Assembly (NCBI GenBank): GCA_018436855.1
Contig: JAHDKO010000135.1
Span: forward strand, 22,929-86,928
Direction: 5' to 3'
Source of the DNA: Deltaproteobacteria bacterium
GTDB lineage: Bacteria > Desulfobacterota > Desulfomonilia > UBA1062
Length of the DNA stretch: 64,000 bases
In this document: positions 7,205-18,297 of the stretch, piece after piece
Layout of the letters: each line of letters opens with the position of its first letter
Numbering within the stretch: the stretch's first letter is position 1
Made by a program: the position numbers and the translations under genes
Notes under the pieces: generated by a model
What the model saw: the letters and a program-made list of their open reading frames with translations, nothing else
What the model was told of the DNA's origin: nothing
Database searches by the model: none

Positions 7205-9019
7205 TTATCCGCTGCCTTCGAACCGCCGGATCTCGTCGAGGAAGTACGGGCCGTAGCGCTCGATCTTGTGCTTTCCCACCCCGTGGATGCCGTGGAACTC
7301 GCTTTCGGTCCTGGGGAGAATTGCGGCCATCTCCGCCAGGGACACGTCGCTGAAGATGACAAAGGGCGGCACTCCTTCCCGGTCGGCAAGCTGCTTGCGA
7401 AGCGCGCGGAGCTTCTCGAAGAGCCCGGGGTCGTAATCGATGTCGCCTGCCTTGCGGCGGGCCGCCTTCGATGCGGATTTGAGCCCTGCCGCGGCCTTTA
7501 CGCGGGGCTCGGCCATGGTGATCGTCTGCTCCCCGCGAAGCAGGGGCCCGGCCGAGGAGGTGAGCTTGAGCACCGAATAGTCGCCCACGTCCTGCAGGAG
7601 GTATCCGTGGTGCACCAGATGGCGCAGCAGGGTTGACCAGTAGTCCTGGCTCTTGTCCGCGCCGATTCCATAGGTGGAGAGCCGGTCGTGGCGGAGGTTG
7701 GCCACGCGCTCCTTCTTCGAGCCTCGCAGCACGTCGATGACATGGCCCATGCCGAAGCGCTGCCCCACCCGGTATACGCACGACAGGGCCTTGCGGGCGT
7801 CCTCGGTCACGTCCATGACCTCGGGCGGGTCCAGGCACACGTCGCAGTTGCCGCAGTCCTCCTGCAGGCGCTCGCCGAAATATCCCAGCAGGATGCGCCG
7901 CCGGCAGCTCATGGCCTCGGCAAACCCCACCATGGCGTTCAGCTTGTGCAGCTCGATGCGCGCCCTTTCGGGGTTGCGCGACTTCTCGATGAGCCCCCGG
8001 GCAACGGCCACGTCGCCGTAGCTGAACATGAGCAGGGCCTCGGCCGCCAGGCCGTCGCGGCCCGCGCGGCCGGTCTCCTGGTAGTAGCACTCGATGTTCT
8101 TGGGGATGTCGTAGTGCACCACGAAGCGGACATCGGACTTGTCGATGCCCATGCCGAAGGCCACGGTGGCCACGATGATCCGGATCTCGTCGCGCAGGAA
8201 GTCGTCCTGCGTCTTTTTCCGCTCGTCCGCGGTGAGCCCGGCGTGGTAGGGCGCGGCCTCGAACCCGGCCTCGGCGAGCTTGCCCGCCACCTCGTCCACC
8301 CTTTTGCGGCTCAGGCAATAGACGATGCCCGCGTCTGTGGGCCGGGAGCTCAGAAACTCCGTGAGCTGTGCAAGAGGCTTGCGCTTTTCCACCACGGAAT
8401 ACCGGATGTTGGGACGGTCGAATCCCGAGACATAGCACCGGGCGTCCTTGAGGTCGAGGCGCTCCAGGATGTCCCGCCTGGTGTGGGGCTCTGCCGTGGC
8501 GGTGAGCGCGATTACCGGGATGTCCGGAAACATCCTTCTGAGCCGGCCCAGCTTCATGTACTCGGGCCGGAAATCGTGGCCCCACTGGGAGATGCAGTGG
8601 GCCTCGTCGATGGCGAACAGGGCGATGGGCACCTGGCGGATCCGCTCGATGAACCCGTCGCTCATCAGGCGCTCGGGCGCGAGGTAGAGCAGGTCGAGCT
8701 CCCGGTTGTGCAGCATGGACAGCACCTTCCTGGCCTCGGCGCTCCCGAGCGAGGAGTTGTAGAAGGCCGCCTTCACCCCGCAGGCCCGCAGAGCGTCAAC
8801 CTGGTCCTTCATCAGGGAGATGAGCGGCGAGACCACGATGCCCACGCCCTCGCGGTGCAGGGCCGGAAGCTGGAAACAGAGCGACTTCCCGCCGCCCGTG
8901 GGCATCAGGACAAAGGCGTTCTCGCCCTGGACGAGCCGTTCGATGATCTCCTGCTGATAAGGCCGGAACGACTCGTATCCAAAGACGGTCCGCAGACTTT
9001 CAAGAGGGGTGTCGTTCAT
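7205..9019 (-). CDS. recQ: ATP-dependent DNA helicase RecQ
   Basis: Start at MNDTPLESLRTVFGYESFRPYQ. Helicase motifs I (MPTGGGKS), II (DEAH) and VI (TGRAGRDG). RecQ Zn-binding region (CRRR...CGNCDVC). C-terminal HRDC-like region. The track ORF start (9106) is an N-terminal over-extension. Confidence 0.92.
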   Translation of the reverse strand: MNDTPLESLRTVFGYESFRPYQQEIIERLVQGENAFVLMPTGGGKSLCFQLPALHREGVGIVVSPLISLMKDQVDALRACGVKAAFYNSSLGSAEARKVLSMLHNRELDLLYLAPERLMSDGFIERIRQVPIALFAIDEAHCISQWGHDFRPEYMKLGRLRRMFPDIPVIALTATAEPHTRRDILERLDLKDARCYVSGFDRPNIRYSVVEKRKPLAQLTEFLSSRPTDAGIVYCLSRKRVDEVAGKLAEAGFEAAPYHAGLTADERKKTQDDFLRDEIRIIVATVAFGMGIDKSDVRFVVHYDIPKNIECYYQETGRAGRDGLAAEALLMFSYGDVAVARGLIEKSRNPERARIELHKLNAMVGFAEAMSCRRRILLGYFGERLQEDCGNCDVCLDPPEVMDVTEDARKALSCVYRVGQRFGMGHVIDVLRGSKKERVANLRHDRLSTYGIGADKSQDYWSTLLRHLVHHGYLLQDVGDYSVLKLTSSAGPLLRGEQTITMAEPRVKAAAGLKSASKAARRKAGDIDYDPGLFEKLRALRKQLADREGVPPFVIFSDVSLAEMAAILPRTESEFHGIHGVGKHKIERYGPYFLDEIRRFEGSG

Positions 9020-9444
9020 TGTCTCAAGCTTTTCAACCACCGGAAGTTTCCTGCTCCTGGTGAAGCAATCTCTGGGGTTTATCGAGTATTGAAGTTTCCC
9101 TACCACAAATTTCGAGCCGGGGAAAGGTCCTGATGGCAGTCAAGAGGTATGCCCGGGCACGCGCACGCACGGCGGGACATTGCATGGAACGGGCATGCGG
9201 CATGGGCGGAAAGCCTTGTATCAGCAGGCGGCAACGTTCGTGAGTGTGAAACGATCAGGAGGACGACATGGCGATCCATGGCCCGAACCCGGCGACCGAT
9301 TCGGCAATGGAGCCGGATTGCCCCGGGATGCGGAAATGCCTGCACAGGGAAGCCGGGGGAGAGGGGTGCAAAGGGTTTACGCTGTTTAAGGCACTCTGAG
9401 TCTCTGCCCCGGGAGGGAGGGGGAAAAAAAGCCCCGGTTCCTCA

Positions 9445-11127
9445 TCAGGCAAAGCCGAACGCCAGCACAAGGCCGGCCAGACCTGCGAACACTGCATAGA
9501 TCACGGTCGGCAGCACCATCCTGCGGAGGATCACGCCCTCCATGCCCGTCATGCCGATGACCCCGCAGACCGCGGCGATGTTCAGGATGGAGAGCATGTT
9601 GCCCAGGCCGCCGCCCACGTTCTGCATGGCGACCACCACGGCGGGCGCGACGCCCACCGATGCGGCGGCATCGTACTGCAGCACGCTGAACAGGATGTTC
9701 GACGAGGTGTTGCTGCCGGTCATGAACGCGCCGAGCGTGCCGATCCACGGGGCCACGAAGGGGATGGCCCCGCCCGCTCCGAGCGCCAGAACCCGCGAGA
9801 GGGCCTGCATCATCCCGGGCAGGTCCGCCCCGTTGGTGGCGGACTGGATCATCACCTGGGTCATGGATACGGCGATGACCAGCGTTATCGCGGGGGAGGT
9901 GATGTGCGACACCGTGTCCTTCCATGCATCCGCCATGGACCTGAGATCCATCCGGTGGATGAAGCCGGTCAGCACGGCAACCGGGATGAACGGGACAATG
10001 CCCGGCAGGTAGATATATCTGAGGGAAAACGAGAGGTCCTGGCCGAGGATATTCTCCACGTCGATGGTATAGCTTTGAAGGACCTCCACGAGCCCGAGCC
10101 CGGGCCAGCGCGTCACCAGGAGCACAAGCGCCACCAGGAGGTAGGGTGTCCACGCGAGCAGCACCGGCATAGTTTTCTCCGGTTTCCCGCTGTGGTATGT
10201 CTCAGCGCGGAGCCCGCCGTGCCACGCGTGCTCCCAGGAGGCGCGCCCAGGGAACATCCAGGCCTGCCGGGGCGTCAGCACGTTGTAGTGCGCCAGGATA
10301 AGGCCGACCCCGAGCACCACGAAGCCGGATGCGATGTCCGGCAGGGCCGGCCCGAAGAACCAGGCAGTCAGAAACTGGGTTGCTCCCGCAAGCCCGCCCA
10401 GGACCAGCGCAAACGGCGCCACGGGCAGCGTGCGCTTGAGGGCGCCTTTCAGGTTCCGCTCGTTCTCGGGGCCGAACCACAGGAGCAGGAGAAAGACGCC
10501 CAAGAGCCCCCAGAAAACCATGGCCGCCCCGGTCACGATGCCTGTCCAGCGCGTCACGTCACCGAGGAAGGACATGACGCTCGTGCCCGAGGGCAGCATC
10601 GCCTCGTCGATGACCGAGGCGACCCCGCCGATGATGGGCGTGCCCGCGGCCCCGAACGGCGGCTGGGTGGCGTCGAAGAAGAGGCCGAATATGGCGGCGG
10701 CCATGGGCGGGAACCCCAGGCCGATCAGGAGAGGGGCCGCGATCGCTGCCGGGGTGCCGAAACCGGCCGCCCCCTCGATGATGGTATTGAGGCCGAGCCC
10801 GATGAGCAGAAGCTGCACCCGCCGGTCGTCCGCGATATGCGTGAAGTGCCACTGGATCGTCGAAGCTGCGCCGCTTCCCTCGAGATAGTTCATGAGCAGG
10901 ATGGCGCCGAACACGATCAGGATGATCTCCAGGGCCTGCAGTGCGCCGTATACCGCGGCCGCGGCCCACCAGAGAGCATCCATCCTCCAGAGGAGGAGCC
11001 CCAGTGCGGATGCCAGGACCCATCCCGTGCCCATGCCCCTGGCCGCCGACCAGCGCAGCCCCACCATGAGCAGGAACACGGTCACGATGGGGATGCTCCC
11101 GACGAGTGCGAGGGTGAGGGGGTTCAT
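9445..11127 (-). CDS. L-lactate permease (LctP family)
   Basis: 560-aa polytopic membrane protein with LctP-family hallmarks (MNPLTLALVGSIPIV..., GFGTPAAIAAPLLIGLGF, TGSNTSSNILF). Confidence 0.88.
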   Translation of the reverse strand: MNPLTLALVGSIPIVTVFLLMVGLRWSAARGMGTGWVLASALGLLLWRMDALWWAAAAVYGALQALEIILIVFGAILLMNYLEGSGAASTIQWHFTHIADDRRVQLLLIGLGLNTIIEGAAGFGTPAAIAAPLLIGLGFPPMAAAIFGLFFDATQPPFGAAGTPIIGGVASVIDEAMLPSGTSVMSFLGDVTRWTGIVTGAAMVFWGLLGVFLLLLWFGPENERNLKGALKRTLPVAPFALVLGGLAGATQFLTAWFFGPALPDIASGFVVLGVGLILAHYNVLTPRQAWMFPGRASWEHAWHGGLRAETYHSGKPEKTMPVLLAWTPYLLVALVLLVTRWPGLGLVEVLQSYTIDVENILGQDLSFSLRYIYLPGIVPFIPVAVLTGFIHRMDLRSMADAWKDTVSHITSPAITLVIAVSMTQVMIQSATNGADLPGMMQALSRVLALGAGGAIPFVAPWIGTLGAFMTGSNTSSNILFSVLQYDAAASVGVAPAVVVAMQNVGGGLGNMLSILNIAAVCGVIGMTGMEGVILRRMVLPTVIYAVFAGLAGLVLAFGFA

Positions 11128-11473
11128 TCTTTTTCTCTCAGCTCCCTGTACTGCCGCAGTCCGTCACTTGCCGCCGGCCGGCAGAGCATGTCCGGAAACC
11201 TTGGGGCATCCCGGATAAGGGTCATACGACAACATCCGTACGACACCATGGCGAGCCTTCTTTCAACGAACTGCCGGACAGTGCCGGTGCCCTTTCATGG
11301 TGAGCTCGATCCGTGGGTTTTGCAGGCTTGGGCATCTGGGCATATAGACTCATGGTAAGCTCTCCCGGGCAAAAGCCAATGCCTAAAAAAGGCACGAACC
11401 GGGACTTGAGCCTGTTGAATATCAACCCCGCGCCGCTACCTTATATGGTATGGTGTTCAAACCCCGAGAGGAC

Positions 11474-13195
11474 ATGTCCATTGTTTTTTCCGGGCAGGCG
11501 GGCCAGGGGCTGCAGACGCTGGAAGCGCTCCTGACCAGGATGCTCAAGCGCTCGGGCTACAACGTGTTTTCCTACAGCGAATTCATGTCCCGCATCCGCG
11601 GGGGAAACAACTCGACCCAGGTCCGTGTATCCTCGCGCAGGGTATTTTCCTATACCAGGAGGATCGACCTCTTCGTGCCCCTGCACGAAAACGCCATGGA
11701 GAGGTTTCACGACAGGATCACGCAGGAGACCGTGATCCTGGGCGACAGGGCCTTTATCGAGGAACAATATCTCGACGGCCACCATCCCGTTCTGGAGGTT
11801 CCCATCAACGAGGTCGCCCGCGAAAAAGGGGGAGCCGTGTATGCCAACACGGTCCTTCTGGGAATCCTCGCCGGGCTCTTCTTCGTTGACAGCGACCTCA
11901 TGCACGAAGAGATCCGGATGATCCTCTCCGGCCTGGGCGAGGACCGGCTGCAAAAAAACCTGGATGCCTCGGATGAGGGGTACGAGCGGAGCAAGAAGCT
12001 GCTCAAGCCCGGGCAGGCCGCGGTGTCCATCGAGCGCACCGCCGAGGTCCGGGACGAGGTCCTCACCGACGGAATCAACGCCGTGGGCCTGGGAGGCCTG
12101 GCCGGCGGATGCACCTTCGTGTCCTCGTATCCCATGTCGCCGTCAACGGGCGTGCTGGTGTTCTTCACGAAAAAGGCCGAGTCGTCCGGCGTGGTGGTCG
12201 AGCAGGCCGAGGACGAGATCAGCGCGGTCAACATGGCCATCGGATCGTGGTACGCGGGCGGCAGGGCGCTCGTCACCACCTCGGGCGGGGGCTATGCCCT
12301 GATGGTCGAGGGCTTAAGCCTCGCCGGGTGCATCGAGTCGCCCCTGGTCATCCACCTGGGCCAGAGGCCCGGCCCAGCCACGGGCCTGCCGACCAGGACC
12401 GAGCAGGCAGACCTCCAGTTCGCCCTGTATTCGGGGCACGGGGAGTTCCCCCGGGCCATCCTCGCACCCGGCACCCATGAGCAGGGGTTTTCCCACACCA
12501 GGCACGCCTTTTATCTCGCCGACAAGTACCAGGTGCCCGTGTTCATCCTCACGGACCAGTTTTTCCTTGAGCGCAGGTACAACGTGCCTGATCTGGACAC
12601 GAGCAAGGTGTACGATCAGCGCTTCATCGTGCAGACCAGGGCGGACTACCGCCGCTATGCCCTCACGGAAAACGGCGTCTCCCCCCGGGGAATCCCGGGC
12701 TTCGGCGAGGGCAGGGTGCGCGCGGACAGCGACGAGCACGACGAGGACGGGTTCATCACCGAGGACTTCTCCACCAGGACCGCCATGGTGAACAAGCGGC
12801 TCAAAAAGCTCTCCGGCCTGCAAATGGAGGTGTTTCCTCCGCAGCTCTTCGGCCCGGAAGACTACCGCAACCTCGTGGTGTGCTGGGGGTCTTCGCTCCA
12901 CGCGGTGCAGGAGGGCCTGGACATGCTCGGCAGGGACGATACCGCAATTCTCCACTACTCGCAGGTCTACCCGCTTGCAGAGGTCACCGCAGAATACCTG
13001 GAGCGCGCGCACAAGAAGATCGTGGTCGAGAGCAACGCCACCGCCCAGTTCGCCCGGCTCGTCCGAAGCGAGACCGGGATCGCCTTCGACGGGGCCATCC
13101 TGAAGTACAGCGGCCTTCCCCTCATGCCCGAGGACGTGTGCGAAGGCCTGCATGAAAAACTGGGGAAAAAGGAGAGCACGCATGGGCGCCTATGA
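11474..13195 (+). CDS. korA: 2-oxoacid:ferredoxin oxidoreductase subunit alpha (fused gamma-alpha type)
   Basis: The N-terminal POR gamma-like domain begins [15 protein letters not shown] (ATG at 11474). Then POR_N/alpha domain ([22 protein letters not shown]). The downstream TPP-binding subunit overlaps in a classic korAB arrangement. Confidence 0.85.
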   Translation: MSIVFSGQAGQGLQTLEALLTRMLKRSGYNVFSYSEFMSRIRGGNNSTQVRVSSRRVFSYTRRIDLFVPLHENAMERFHDRITQETVILGDRAFIEEQYLDGHHPVLEVPINEVAREKGGAVYANTVLLGILAGLFFVDSDLMHEEIRMILSGLGEDRLQKNLDASDEGYERSKKLLKPGQAAVSIERTAEVRDEVLTDGINAVGLGGLAGGCTFVSSYPMSPSTGVLVFFTKKAESSGVVVEQAEDEISAVNMAIGSWYAGGRALVTTSGGGYALMVEGLSLAGCIESPLVIHLGQRPGPATGLPTRTEQADLQFALYSGHGEFPRAILAPGTHEQGFSHTRHAFYLADKYQVPVFILTDQFFLERRYNVPDLDTSKVYDQRFIVQTRADYRRYALTENGVSPRGIPGFGEGRVRADSDEHDEDGFITEDFSTRTAMVNKRLKKLSGLQMEVFPPQLFGPEDYRNLVVCWGSSLHAVQEGLDMLGRDDTAILHYSQVYPLAEVTAEYLERAHKKIVVESNATAQFARLVRSETGIAFDGAILKYSGLPLMPEDVCEGLHEKLGKKESTHGRL

Positions 13196-14042
13196 CTTCG
13201 ATCATGCCGTGGATATCGCCTGGTGTCCGGGCTGCGGGAATTTCCGCATCCTCGAATCGGTCAAGGACGCCCTGGACGAGCTTGAGCTCGACCCCGCAAA
13301 CGTGGTGTTCGTCTCGGGCATCGGGCAGGCAGCCAAGACGCCCCAGTATCTGAACGCGCACTACTTCAACGGCCTGCATGGCCGGACACTGCCGCCGGCA
13401 ACCGCGATCAAGGCATCGAACCCGGAGCTCATCGTGATTGCCGAGAGCGGGGACGGCGACATGTACGGGGAGGGCGGCAACCACTTCATGCACGCCATCA
13501 GGCGAAACCCCGACATCACGAACATCGTCCACAACAACATGGTCTATGCCCTCACCAAGGGCCAGGCATCGCCCACCACCAGGCAGGGCTTCGTCACCCC
13601 GGTGCAGGTCCACGGCGTCACCCAGGAGCCCTTCAACCCGGTCGCGGTGGCCATCGCGCTGGACGCCTCGTTCGTGGCGCGGGCCTTCGCGGGAGACGCG
13701 CGGCAGACCACGGACCTCATCAAAAAGGCGATCACCCACAAGGGCTATGCCCTGGTGGACATCTTCCAGCCCTGCGTCACCTACAACAAGGTGAACACCT
13801 ACGGGTGGTTCAAGCAGAACACCTACACCCTCGAGGAATCATACGACCCAACCGACCGGGAGGCGGCGTTCAGAAAGGCGACCGAACCCGGCAAGTTCCC
13901 CCTGGGCGTGCTCTACATCAAGGAGGGCAAGCCCACCTTCGAAGAGGGGCTCTCCCTCTACCGGCAGGATGCCAGGCCCCTGTACCAGCGGACCGTTGAC
14001 ATGGAAATGCTCAGAGGCCTGGTGGATTCCATGAGGACATAG
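13182..14042 (+). CDS. korB: 2-oxoacid:ferredoxin oxidoreductase subunit beta (TPP-binding)
   Basis: Start [21 protein letters not shown] with AAGGAG 8 nt upstream. TPP motif region ([19 protein letters not shown]). Overlaps the korA end by 14 nt. Confidence 0.85.
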   Translation: MGAYDFDHAVDIAWCPGCGNFRILESVKDALDELELDPANVVFVSGIGQAAKTPQYLNAHYFNGLHGRTLPPATAIKASNPELIVIAESGDGDMYGEGGNHFMHAIRRNPDITNIVHNNMVYALTKGQASPTTRQGFVTPVQVHGVTQEPFNPVAVAIALDASFVARAFAGDARQTTDLIKKAITHKGYALVDIFQPCVTYNKVNTYGWFKQNTYTLEESYDPTDREAAFRKATEPGKFPLGVLYIKEGKPTFEEGLSLYRQDARPLYQRTVDMEMLRGLVDSMRT

Positions 14043-14113
14043 GATCTTGGTCCGCGCTGCGCGCCCTGTCTCCTTGAGCGACCTTAAAAAAAGTCCTTGA
14101 TCGGGGCGATAAG

Positions 14114-14962
14114 TCAATCGATTGGCACGATCTCCACGTGGACATCCGAAGGCTGGGCAAAGTACATCCATGAAGAAACGAGCACGTCTGCACCCGCTTT
14201 CGCGTATCTCCCCGCGTTCGAATCATTGACCGCACCGGCGGCGATCAGGTAGATGTCCGGATTCAGCCGCCTGCATTTTTTTGCACAGGAGGCGAAGTCT
14301 TCGGGCGGCATCTTGTCGACCTGCACGGCATCCGCTCCAGACTCGGCCACCATGAGGGCCTGCTCTTCGGTATGGGCCTCCACGACGATCTTGCGCTCCT
14401 TGTTTTTTCGCCGTATCGCGGGAACTATCCCGGAAAGCCTCCCATAGCCGCCGGCAAGGACCAGATGCTCCCTGAAAATCAGGACGGTATCGGAGAGCCC
14501 CGTGCGGTGAGGCATCCCGCCTCCCGCCATGAGTGCTTTGAGCGCGATCTTTTTTATATAAGGCGGGTGCTTGCGCGTTCCGGCAACGATCACCGAGGGG
14601 TTTTCCTTCCTGGCGGCCTCGAGCATTCTGTTCGTGCGATCCGAGATCCCGGATGCGAACTCCACCAACGCCAGGCTTGTTCGCCAGACCATATGAACCG
14701 GTGCCGAATCGCCTTGCGCGTCGAGGATCACACCGCCGGGATTGACGTGGGTGCCTGAAGGCACATACGAGTGAACCTGCAGGTCCACCTTTTTAAACAG
14801 CCGTACGGCCTCTTCCGTACAGCAGACCACCATGGGGCTGCGAGCCCGGAAGGTTATCCTTGCCTTCTGTCCGGCCGTTCCCACCAGGAACGTGGTCAGA
14901 TCGCCCATCGGGGCGTCGTCTTCCAGAAGCTGGTCAATCTCGCTTTCGGTAAAATATATCAC
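14114..14962 (-). CDS. Nicotinate-nucleotide pyrophosphorylase family (NadC/ModD-like, type II PRTase)
   Basis: 282 aa. QPRTase signatures (AGTRKHPPY, GGGMPHRTGLSDTVLIFREH, AGADAVQVDKMPPE). I cannot distinguish NadC from ModD by eye. Confidence 0.75.
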   Translation of the reverse strand: MIYFTESEIDQLLEDDAPMGDLTTFLVGTAGQKARITFRARSPMVVCCTEEAVRLFKKVDLQVHSYVPSGTHVNPGGVILDAQGDSAPVHMVWRTSLALVEFASGISDRTNRMLEAARKENPSVIVAGTRKHPPYIKKIALKALMAGGGMPHRTGLSDTVLIFREHLVLAGGYGRLSGIVPAIRRKNKERKIVVEAHTEEQALMVAESGADAVQVDKMPPEDFASCAKKCRRLNPDIYLIAAGAVNDSNAGRYAKAGADVLVSSWMYFAQPSDVHVEIVPID

Positions 14963-15297
14963 TGTTCACTCTCCTGTCTGTACCAGCCGGCGGATCGAAG
15001 GGCAGGCCCGTGTTCCTTCCTGCCGTACCCGGCAGTTCCTGACACCTTTTCTTTCTTGCCGCTCGGCATCGGACTCCGAGAGGTTCTTACCCGGTATGCC
15101 GGTATATTCTTATATGAATCACCGGCATAGAGTCAACCGCATCGAGCCATCCGGCAAAGGCGCAGTACCCCGAATCCTCCCTCTCGGTCCGCCCGTTCCA
15201 CGACTGTTTGTGTTCTCCACCGGATAGCCCCTCTGCTTTGCGGCGGTGACAGTATCCGGGGGCCGAACCTACGGCTTCGTGCGATATGCGCGAGAGG

Positions 15298-16434
15298 CTA
15301 CAGAACGGCCAGGGCGTCGGCCATGGCCATTCCCGAACGGGTGGGGCGGACCCGGCCGTGGGCGATCTCGACAATGCCCAGGCGGCTCCACTCTTCGAGC
15401 TGCCGCCCGTTTTCCTTCATCAGATCCCGGCCGTAGAGTCGTGCATAGCGGTCCAGATCGATCCCGTCTCTGGTGCGGAGCCCCAGGAACAGGGCCTCCA
15501 TGGCCAGCTCTTCCAATCCCAGGTCTTCCCGTCCCTCGACGGGCCGCTCTCCGGTCCGGAGGTCGGCGAGGTAGCCCTGCAGGGGGCTCCGGTTCCACCA
15601 GCGGCGGGTGTCTTTGAATGAATGGGCCGCGGGGCCCAGGCCGAGGTAGGGGGTGTGGTCCCAGTATTTCCGGTTGTGCCGGGACGCCTTGTCCATGCCC
15701 GCGGCAAAGTTCGAGACCTCGTAGTGGATGTACCCCGCGTCTTCCAGGATCTCGGAGGTCCCTACGAAGAACTCTTGCGCCAGGTCTTCCGGGCGCCGGG
15801 CGTGCGTGCCCTGCCCGTATTTTCTGCCGAGCGGGGTGCCGGTCTTGAGCTCCAGCTCGTAGCAGGACAGGTGGGCGGGGTGCAATGCGATGGCCTGATC
15901 AAGGGACGCACGCCAGTCCTCGAGACTCTGATGGGGAAGGTGGTAGATCAGGTCGAGCCCGATATTGTCGAACCCGGCTGCCGCGGCCCCTTCCAGGGCA
16001 GAGAGTGCCTGCCTCCGGTCGTGCCTGCGGCCCAGGAACTTCAGCTCCCGGTCGTGAAACGACTGCACCCCGATGTTGACTCGGTTCACGCCTGCTCCCC
16101 AAAGCTTTCGCAGATCATCGCGGGTCAGGTCGGCGGGGTTGAGCTCCATGGTGATCTCGGCATTGCCGAGGATGGTGAAGGTGCCGCGGATCGTCTCAAG
16201 GAGGGCCTCCACCTGCTCGGGCGCCATCAGCGAGGGCGTGCCTCCGCCCAAATAGACCGTGTCGAAGACGGTGAACTCTTCCCGGTAGAGGGCCGCCTCT
16301 CCGGACAGTGCCTCCAGAAACGCGGGGACGAGCGAGGTCTCGGTGACGGAATAGAAGTCGCAGTACCCGCACTTGCTCCGGCAGAAGGGGAAATGGATGT
16401 AGAGCCCGGGGGCCAGTGCCTTGCCTGCGGTCAT
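15298..16434 (-). CDS. hemW: Radical SAM heme chaperone HemW (HemN-like, coproporphyrinogen III oxidase family)
   Basis: N-terminal YIHFPFCRSKCGYCDF (CxxxCxxC radical SAM) and GGGTPS motif. Its start overlaps the lepA stop by 4 nt (ATGA), the conserved lepA-hemW coupling. Confidence 0.85.
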   Translation of the reverse strand: MTAGKALAPGLYIHFPFCRSKCGYCDFYSVTETSLVPAFLEALSGEAALYREEFTVFDTVYLGGGTPSLMAPEQVEALLETIRGTFTILGNAEITMELNPADLTRDDLRKLWGAGVNRVNIGVQSFHDRELKFLGRRHDRRQALSALEGAAAAGFDNIGLDLIYHLPHQSLEDWRASLDQAIALHPAHLSCYELELKTGTPLGRKYGQGTHARRPEDLAQEFFVGTSEILEDAGYIHYEVSNFAAGMDKASRHNRKYWDHTPYLGLGPAAHSFKDTRRWWNRSPLQGYLADLRTGERPVEGREDLGLEELAMEALFLGLRTRDGIDLDRYARLYGRDLMKENGRQLEEWSRLGIVEIAHGRVRPTRSGMAMADALAVL

Positions 16435-18230
16435 GAATCCTTATCGGATTTGAGCACGGCCAGGAAGGCGCTCTGGGGGATGCTCACCGAGCCCACCATC
16501 TTCATGCGCTTCTTGCCCTCTTTCTGCTTTTCCAGCAGCTTGCGCTTCCGGGTGATGTCGCCGCCGTAGCACTTGGCCGTGACGTCCTTGCGGAAGGCCG
16601 AGACCGTGGAGCGGGATATGATCTCGCCGCCGATGGCCCCCTGGATGGCGATCTTGTACATCTGCCGGGGGATCTCGTCTTTCAGCCGGTCGCACGCCAG
16701 CACGCCCCGCACCCTGGCCCGGTCGCGGTGGACGATCTGGGACAGCGCGTCCACCTTCTCGCCGTTGACCAGGATGTCCAGGAGCACCAGGTTGCTGGTC
16801 CGGTAGTCGATGAGGTCATAGTCGAACGAACCATACCCCTGGGTCACCGACTTGAAGCGGTCGTAGAAGTCGAAGATCACCTCGGACAGCGGCATCTCGT
16901 ACGAGAGCTCCACCCGGCCCGGGCTCGGGTAGCGCATGTTGGAGTTCACGCCCCGCCTGTCGATGCACAGGGTCATGACCGCGCCCAGATATCGGTCCGG
17001 CAGCATCATGGACGCCCGGATATAGGGCTCTTCGGATTTGATGATGCTCATGGGGTTGGGATAGTGGGCGGGATTGTCCACGTAGAGCTCGGTGTCGTCC
17101 TTGAGCGTGAACCGGTAGCGCACGCTGGGCACGGAGAGGATGATGTTGAGCCCGTACTCGCGCTCCAGCCGTTCCTGCACGATGTCCAGGTGCAAAAGCC
17201 CCAGGAACCCGCACCGAAAGCCCTGGCCCAGGGCGGCAGAGGAGTCTTTCTCATAGATGAATGCCGCGTCGTTGAGCGTGTACTTTTCCAGCGCATCGGA
17301 GAGGTCCTCGTAGTCGTCGGACGCGATGGGATAGATCGAGGCGAAGACCACGGGCTTGACCTTTTTGAAGCCGGGCAGCGGATGCGCGCACGGTCTGTCG
17401 TCAAGGGTGATGGTGTCGCCGATGCTCACGCTCGATACGGTCTTGACCCCGGCGATGATGTAGCCCACATCGCCTGCGGAGATCGTCTCGCGCTTCTGCC
17501 GGTCCAGGAGGAACCGGCCCACCTCTTCCACCCGGTAGATCGAGTCGTTGAACATGAAGCGGATCGTGTCTCCCGCCCTGACCTCGCCGTCGAAGACCCG
17601 GCAGCTGATGACCGTGCCACGGTAGGCGTCGTAATGGGCGTCGAAGATCAGGGCCGCAAGCGGTTCTTCCGCCTCCCCCCGGGGAGGCGGGATGCGCCGG
17701 ACAATGGCCTCCAGGATCTCGTCGACCCCGGTGCCTTCCTTTGCAGAGCACGCCAAATGGGTGGCAGGGTCGAGCCCCAGCTCCGAATCGATCTGCTCCA
17801 GAACCCGCTCTACGTCGGCCGCCGGCAGGTCGATCTTGTTGATCACGGGGATGATCTCCAGGTCGTGCTCCATGGCCAGGTAGAGATTGGCCAGGGTCTG
17901 GGCCTGAACGCCCTGGGCCGCATCGATGAGCAGGAGCACGCCCTCGCAGGACGCGAGCGACCGGGACACCTCGTAGGAGAAGTCGACATGGCCCGGCGTG
18001 TCGATGAGGTTAAGCGTGTAGGTCTCGCCGTCGGAGGCGGTGTAGGGCAGGGAAATGGCCTGGCTCTTGATCGTGATGCCGCGCTCGCGCTCGATGTCCA
18101 TGCTGTCGAGCATCTGGTCTTTGTAGGTGCGCATGTCGCAGACCCCGGTTTTCATGATCAGTCGGTCGGCCAGTGTGGACTTGCCGTGATCGATATGGGC
18201 AATGATGCTGAAATTGCGTATATTTTGCAT
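16431..18230 (-). CDS. lepA: Elongation factor 4 (LepA)
   Basis: MQNIRNFSIIAHIDHGKSTLADRL... 599 aa, with GTP-binding motifs and the LepA C-terminal domain. Confidence 0.95.
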   Translation of the reverse strand: MQNIRNFSIIAHIDHGKSTLADRLIMKTGVCDMRTYKDQMLDSMDIERERGITIKSQAISLPYTASDGETYTLNLIDTPGHVDFSYEVSRSLASCEGVLLLIDAAQGVQAQTLANLYLAMEHDLEIIPVINKIDLPAADVERVLEQIDSELGLDPATHLACSAKEGTGVDEILEAIVRRIPPPRGEAEEPLAALIFDAHYDAYRGTVISCRVFDGEVRAGDTIRFMFNDSIYRVEEVGRFLLDRQKRETISAGDVGYIIAGVKTVSSVSIGDTITLDDRPCAHPLPGFKKVKPVVFASIYPIASDDYEDLSDALEKYTLNDAAFIYEKDSSAALGQGFRCGFLGLLHLDIVQERLEREYGLNIILSVPSVRYRFTLKDDTELYVDNPAHYPNPMSIIKSEEPYIRASMMLPDRYLGAVMTLCIDRRGVNSNMRYPSPGRVELSYEMPLSEVIFDFYDRFKSVTQGYGSFDYDLIDYRTSNLVLLDILVNGEKVDALSQIVHRDRARVRGVLACDRLKDEIPRQMYKIAIQGAIGGEIISRSTVSAFRKDVTAKCYGGDITRKRKLLEKQKEGKKRMKMVGSVSIPQSAFLAVLKSDKDS

Positions 18231-18280
18231 AGAACGTTCCTCGTTGTGGTGTCCTATTCGAAGCAGGGCTTTTTGTCAAT

Positions 18281-18297
18281 GGGAGGTTGGTCCTCCC
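18281..18297 (-). promoter_or_regulatory. Hairpin in lepA 5' leader
   Basis: gggagg ttggt cctccc is a perfect 6-bp inverted repeat 50 nt upstream of the lepA ATG. On the minus strand it is followed by a TTGACA-like hexamer, consistent with a promoter/leader region. Confidence 0.3.

Noticed and set aside
7131-9133. ORFs 7131..8585(-) 484 aa and 7688..9133(+) 481 aa overlapping recQ
   Set aside because: Shadow ORFs of the well-supported recQ frame. Compositionally biased with no motifs.
9386-11358. ORFs 9386..10153(-), 9542..10012(+), 9904..11358(+), 10334..10888(+) overlapping the lactate permease
   Set aside because: Overlap a clear 560-aa LctP-family membrane protein. Their translations are low-complexity.
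11707-13739. Minus-strand ORFs 11707..12279, 12314..13183, 13122..13739 antisense to korA/korB; plus ORFs 15622..16569 and 16728..18329 antisense to hemW/lepA; 18667..19572(-) antisense to ogt; 20515..21084(-) antisense to amidohydrolase; 23888..24835(+) antisense to SBP
   Set aside because: All are opposite-strand shadows of genes with strong family signatures.
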